From an uncultured Acidobacteriota bacterium (lineage in GTDB: Bacteria > Acidobacteriota > UBA6911): 64,000 nucleotides of DNA. A program made the position numbers and the translations under genes. Below, piece by piece: positions 60,043 through 64,000 of the stretch. The notes below the pieces were generated by a model. It did not search any database, was not told the DNA's origin, and worked only from the letters and a program-made list of their open reading frames with translations. Position 1 is the stretch's first letter. Every line of letters begins with the position of its first letter. The stretch is taken from the NCBI GenBank assembly GCA_963843575.1, contig CAWJKZ010000013.1:544001-608000 (forward strand), given 5' to 3'.

Positions 60043-61674
60043 TTACCGGACCTGCTGGACGAGGACTTTGCCGCTTTCCGGCTCGCCCTTGATCAGATAA
60101 TGCCCCTTCTCCTGGATGGAGACAATCGAGTTGGCCTTTCTTCCCGCGTACTGTCCCGCTGTCCAGCGGAACATTACGCGATGGTCGCCGGCGGCAAGCC
60201 TGGGGACTTGGGCAGGATAGGGTGCGGGCAGCATTTTGCCGTTCAACAGGATTTCGCAGCCGTCGTATGCGTCGTTGGGGACTTCCAGATAGGCGCTCCC
60301 CAGCCCCGGGAGTTCAATTGCGTGCGTTTCTCCAGGGCCGAGCTTGACGGTTTCGAGGGGGCGATCGAGGAAAACTTCTTCTGCGACAGCGCGGAGACGG
60401 TGTTCGCCGGCGGTGACCGGCACCGGGGGGCCTCCGGGCCTGATGCCGTCAACGCGGCGCCCGCCGTCCAGGATACGTGCCGTGTAAGGCGCGCCCCGGG
60501 CAATGGAGAGAAAGGCGGGCGCGGGCCTTTCGGGCGGAGGGACCGGCGCCTCGTCCTTGGGTGCGGCCGGGACTTCGGTCTGCGGGGTCGCGGCCGGCGG
60601 TTCCGGCGGAGCCTTGAGCGCACTCGGGGCGGGGCTCGAGACGCTCGCGACGGGCTCCCGCACCTCCGTCGCAGGACCATTCGCCGGGTTGGCGACTTGC
60701 TTCTGCGTGTAGAGAAACCATCCCAGGACGGCCGCCGCAACGCCGAAAACGACGACAAGCATCGGCAGCAGGAGGCTGCGCCTCGGCAGCACGACCGTGG
60801 CTTTGGCTTTCGCCGTCGGCTCGGGCGGGGCAACCACGGGCGCCGGCGCCAATCCCAGCGACGCGTAGTCTTTGAGGTCCCGGATGAATTCGCTGCAGGT
60901 CTGGTATCGGGAGGCCGGATCCTTGGCCAGCATCCGTCCCACGATGTGGTCGAAACCCGGGTGCAGGGTGACGTTCAGGCTGCGTGGCGGCACCGGATGC
61001 TCGTGCAGGATCTTGTAGATAATGGTGGTCGGGTTTGTCCCGACGAAGGGGCGCTCGCCTGTCAGCATCTGGTAGAAAATCACGCCGAGCGAGAAGATGT
61101 CGGAGCGGCCGTCGATTTCCTGTCCCATGGCTTGCTCCGGGGACATGTAAGACGGGGTGCCCATGACCGTGCCGGTCATCGTGAGCTTCGACATGGAAAG
61201 CTTGGCGATCCCGAAGTCCGCGATCTTGGCCCGGAGATCCCGGGTCATGAGGATGTTTCCCGGCTTGACATCGCGGTGGATGATGTCCTTGGAGGCAGCG
61301 TAGTCCAGCCCCGAGGCGATCTGTTCGATGATGGAAGTCGTCACGTCGAGCGGGGGAATGGGATGGCCGGCGAGCCAGGTTTCGAGCGTTTCCCCTTCGA
61401 TATATTCCATCGCGATGTAGGCGACTTCCCCTTCCTCGCCTATGTCGTAGATGGTCACGATATTGGGGTGGTTGAGGACGCCCGCGGACCGCGCCTCGCG
61501 GTAGAGGCGGGTCTTGAGCTCCGCCTCTTCCATCCCCGCGCCGTGCTCCAGCCGGATGGTCTTGATGGCGACAACACGGCCGATGAGCGGATCGAGGGCC
61601 TTGTACACGACGGCCATGGCCCCCCGACCGAGTTCCCTTTCGATTTCGTAACGACCGATGCGCGAGAGACTCAT
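60043..61674 (-). CDS. membrane Ser/Thr protein kinase
   Basis: LGRGAMA, VAIK, HRDVKPGN, DFG, GTPSYMSPE; TM segment, Pro-rich linker and PEGA-like extracellular strands. Confidence 0.95.
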   Translation of the reverse strand: MSLSRIGRYEIERELGRGAMAVVYKALDPLIGRVVAIKTIRLEHGAGMEEAELKTRLYREARSAGVLNHPNIVTIYDIGEEGEVAYIAMEYIEGETLETWLAGHPIPPLDVTTSIIEQIASGLDYAASKDIIHRDVKPGNILMTRDLRAKIADFGIAKLSMSKLTMTGTVMGTPSYMSPEQAMGQEIDGRSDIFSLGVIFYQMLTGERPFVGTNPTTIIYKILHEHPVPPRSLNVTLHPGFDHIVGRMLAKDPASRYQTCSEFIRDLKDYASLGLAPAPVVAPPEPTAKAKATVVLPRRSLLLPMLVVVFGVAAAVLGWFLYTQKQVANPANGPATEVREPVASVSSPAPSALKAPPEPPAATPQTEVPAAPKDEAPVPPPERPAPAFLSIARGAPYTARILDGGRRVDGIRPGGPPVPVTAGEHRLRAVAEEVFLDRPLETVKLGPGETHAIELPGLGSAYLEVPNDAYDGCEILLNGKMLPAPYPAQVPRLAAGDHRVMFRWTAGQYAGRKANSIVSIQEKGHYLIKGEPESGKVLVQQVR

Positions 61675-62441
61675 CTGGCCAGGAACTTCCCCGTATCTTC
61701 GTCCTCGGCGTCCCCCGGCTGGAGCCTCACCACGACCACCGTGATGTTGTCCGGTCCGCCTCCCTTGTTTGCCGCGCTGACCAGGGCCTCGCCCAGCTGC
61801 TGGGCGCTCTTCCGGTCGTCGGCGAGGATGCTCGTGATGTGCTCGTCGGAGAGAACGTCGGTCAGGCCGTCGGAACAGAGCAGGTAGATGTCGCCTTCCC
61901 GCGCATCCCCCTGCTCCAGATCCACCTCCACCTGCGGGTGCGGCCCGATGGAGCGCGTGATGAGGTTTTTCTGCGGATGCGCCGACAACTCGTCCTTCTG
62001 AAGCACCCCGCTTTCAAAAAGGTGCCAGACGAGCGAGTGGTCGCGCGTGAGCTGCTCGAGGTGCCCATCCCTCAACAGGTAGGCGCGCGAGTCGCCGACG
62101 TGAGCGATGTAGTACATCTTGTCGCGGAACGACAGTATCGTCAGGGTGCTGCCCATCCCGGCGAATTCCGCCCGCTTGCGCTGCGTCTCGTAAATCCGGG
62201 AGTTGGCTTCCTGTGCGGCGGCCCGCAAGGTGTCTTCGAGGCGGTCGCCGGCGTTCTGCCGGGCGGCGACCCATTCTTCCACGGTCGATGCGGCGATCTG
62301 GCTGGCGATTTCCCCGGCGGCGTGGCCGCCCATCCCGTCGGCCACAACGAAGATTCTGTTCTTGGAGTTGGCGGCGTATGAATCTTCGTTAGAAGTCCGC
62401 ACCCGTCCCTGGTGGCTGTGGGTACCGAATTCGATGTGCAA
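61671..62441 (-). CDS. Stp1/PrpC-type PP2C phosphatase
   Basis: NED, ADGMGGH, GDSRAY, DHS, CSDGL, GGPDN; overlaps the kinase start. Confidence 0.95.
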   Translation of the reverse strand: MHIEFGTHSHQGRVRTSNEDSYAANSKNRIFVVADGMGGHAAGEIASQIAASTVEEWVAARQNAGDRLEDTLRAAAQEANSRIYETQRKRAEFAGMGSTLTILSFRDKMYYIAHVGDSRAYLLRDGHLEQLTRDHSLVWHLFESGVLQKDELSAHPQKNLITRSIGPHPQVEVDLEQGDAREGDIYLLCSDGLTDVLSDEHITSILADDRKSAQQLGEALVSAANKGGGPDNITVVVVRLQPGDAEDEDTGKFLAR

Positions 62442-62614
62442 TAGTCACCCTGTACAGGCTCACTTCGACCAGAACGGTTTCAACCCTGCCGGAAACGTGT
62501 GAAAGCTGACCTGACCAGCTTCCCCGGCGCAAGCGAACCGGAGGAATGAAATCCTACCGGCGTTCCACGGCCGCTCTCTGAAACGCTTAAACGGGCGATC
62601 GTCAGAATGTTGAG

Positions 62615-62643
62615 GTTATAACACGGTAGAACTTCGGCATCAA
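62615..62643 (-). promoter_or_regulatory. sigma70-type promoter candidate for the PP2C-kinase operon
   Basis: TTGATG-N17-TATAAC with an extended TG. Confidence 0.45.
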
Positions 62644-62713
62644 GCAAAGCGGGGAGTCGCGGTCGTTCCGGGAGCCGCGCGGGGAGCGGGCCCGCCATAT
62701 CCCGGGTTTGCCT

Positions 62714-62890
62714 TTATGCGCCGAAGGAGTGGGACAAGGACGGACGCGGCACGCGTGTGTGCCGCTCCCGCCGTCGGGCACCCACGCTTTCCGTCATCGC
62801 GCGCCGGGCGTGCAGGAAAGATTCGAACATCTTTCCCTCGAAAAGGTATCGGTCTGCACCCATCGTTTCGATTCGGGCCACAATTCTCAT
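62714..62890 (-). CDS. 58-aa small protein missing from the ORF track
   Basis: SD GAGGAGGAGGAAAGG before ATG; MRIVARIETMGADRYLFEGKMFESFLHARRAMTESVGARRRERHTRVPRPSLSHSFGA*. Confidence 0.6.
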   Translation of the reverse strand: MRIVARIETMGADRYLFEGKMFESFLHARRAMTESVGARRRERHTRVPRPSLSHSFGA

Positions 62891-62979
62891 CGCCTTTCCT
62901 CCTCCTCTGCAATGGCAGTTCCCGTCAGGGTATCAATGCCTTTTCATCGGCGTTGGGCCCACCCGACGCCGCTGTTTGA

Positions 62980-62995
62980 AGCAATTCCCGAGCCC
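62980..62995 (-). promoter_or_regulatory. sigma54 -24/-12 promoter candidate
   Basis: GGGCTCG-GGAA-TTGCT versus consensus TGGCACG-N4-TTGCW. Confidence 0.45.
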
Positions 62996-63207
62996 ATTGA
63001 TTGCCTCAGATTCGTCCCGGCGGTTATCCATAGGCAAAACAAATGTTTGCGCCCGCCACGTCCCCGTCCTTCAGGACTATTTTCCCTGCCTCTGCACAGA
63101 AGATTTTCCCCTGCAGCGTGTCCCGTATTTCGGCCGCGTGTGTGTTATGATTTCTTTGATACGCTTCAGCTAAGTGGTGTTTCCCGATCACTGGAAGGCC
63201 GCCGCAT

Positions 63208-64000
63208 ATGCAGTCCCGTTATTTCCGATGGATACCCGCGATCACGATCCTGGCCGCCGTCGTCGCCGGGCAGTACGGCTTCGCCGGCGTGTCCCGCGCG
63301 ATCCAGGACCGGTACCGGCGCGACTATGAACAGAAGGCTTTCTTTCTGAAGATCCCGCTCTACTCCGAAAGGCAGATCGTTCTCATCTCCGGCACGAGCG
63401 TGCGGCCCGAACTGGGGCAGGGGACCGCCAGGGTCAAGGTGGGGGAACAGGTACGCGTGACGGCCATCGATTTTGGCGGCGAGGAGATCAGGTTCAAACT
63501 CACCCCGATTACCTCCGCGGGCCTGTTTGAAATCGTCTACAGGTTCGACGCCGGGTTGCAGGACAACTTCCCCAACAGCGCGACGTTCGACACGGCGCTG
63601 CAGATGACGTTCACCGAGGGATTGAAGTACGCCGACATCGAGGAAGCCAAGAAATCCTACGTCGACGACCAGTTCGAACGGATCGTGCGCGAGATTGCGA
63701 CCACGACCGGCACGAACCGCGAGGCGGTGATGAAGGGCATCGCGCCTCACCTTCCCGCTTACCAGGATGCGATGCGCGACATCGAGAACCTCAGGGGCCG
63801 GGCGCAGGAACTCTCTTCCCAGCTTGCGCAGCAGCAATCGGAAAACCGCAAGCTCGAGGCGGAACTCAAGTCGCAACAGGCGGAGGCCGCACGGCTGCGC
63901 ACCGCCAACGCAAGCCTGCAGGAGAAGATCGACAATTCGGCTTCGCAGCTTTCACGCCTCGGGGAAGACCTGCGCAACGCCCGCGGCGTCACCCAAGGCT
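63208..64000 (+). CDS. exported hypothetical protein with long coiled coil (runs off the window)
   Basis: Open from ATG 63208 (MQSRYFRWIPAITILAAVVAGQYGFA signal peptide) to the window end; heptad repeats after about aa 180. Not in the ORF track because it has no stop. Confidence 0.8.
   Translation, partial: MQSRYFRWIPAITILAAVVAGQYGFAGVSRAIQDRYRRDYEQKAFFLKIPLYSERQIVLISGTSVRPELGQGTARVKVGEQVRVTAIDFGGEEIRFKLTPITSAGLFEIVYRFDAGLQDNFPNSATFDTALQMTFTEGLKYADIEEAKKSYVDDQFERIVREIATTTGTNREAVMKGIAPHLPAYQDAMRDIENLRGRAQELSSQLAQQQSENRKLEAELKSQQAEAARLRTANASLQEKIDNSASQLSRLGEDLRNARGVTQG

Noticed and set aside
62718-62730. GCGCCGAAGGAG resembling a glycine riboswitch core
   Set aside because: No upstream GGAGA or downstream CTCTCAGG, and it lies within the antisense strand of the 58-aa ORF.
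62949-63007. Possible kissing-loop RNA on the minus strand (TGGGCTC loop pairing with GGGCCCA)
   Set aside because: The first hairpin overlaps the sigma54 promoter candidate and would not be transcribed from it, and no known riboswitch consensus matches. Kept only as an alternative reading.
1-64000. CRISPR array, prophage, transposase, defence island, rRNA or tRNA
   Set aside because: No regularly spaced direct repeats, hallmark genes or clear compositional island were seen.

Overview
GC-rich (roughly 65% by eye) bacterial core-chromosome segment, most likely Acidobacteriota, judged from a GWxTD protein, an atypical Hfq paralog and the general gene repertoire. It holds about 60 genes: a glycogen cluster (glgP end, galT-like, glgA, histidine kinase, response regulator), acyl-CoA dehydrogenases, a possible c-di-GMP mini-locus (MshEN-repeat protein, Cys-rich microprotein, REC/HD-GYP), nth, fabH, hutI-ftcD, a MacAB-like exporter, envelope glycan genes (GT2 x2, rfbA, rfbD), smpB, pepA, holB-tmk, yggS-yggU, hrcA-grpE-dnaK-dnaJ-rsmE, ald, a TIGR00300/LOR-SDH protein, degP, a GIY-YIG nuclease and a PP2C-kinase-queE-radical SAM operon. 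Many conserved genes are broken by single-base indels, which look like long-read consensus errors rather than pseudogenes. No CRISPR array, rRNA, tRNA, prophage or transposase was seen. The main leads are: a DnaA-box/AT-rich site with an oriC-like junction between convergent genes; the MshEN/HD-GYP locus; a glycogen synthase with QxGGL instead of KxGGL next to a GalT-type transferase; several small ORFs missing from the ORF track (one behind a sigma54-like promoter); an hrcA operon lacking CIRCE; and three families of small palindromic repeats. All family assignments are from motif recognition by eye; no database searches were run.
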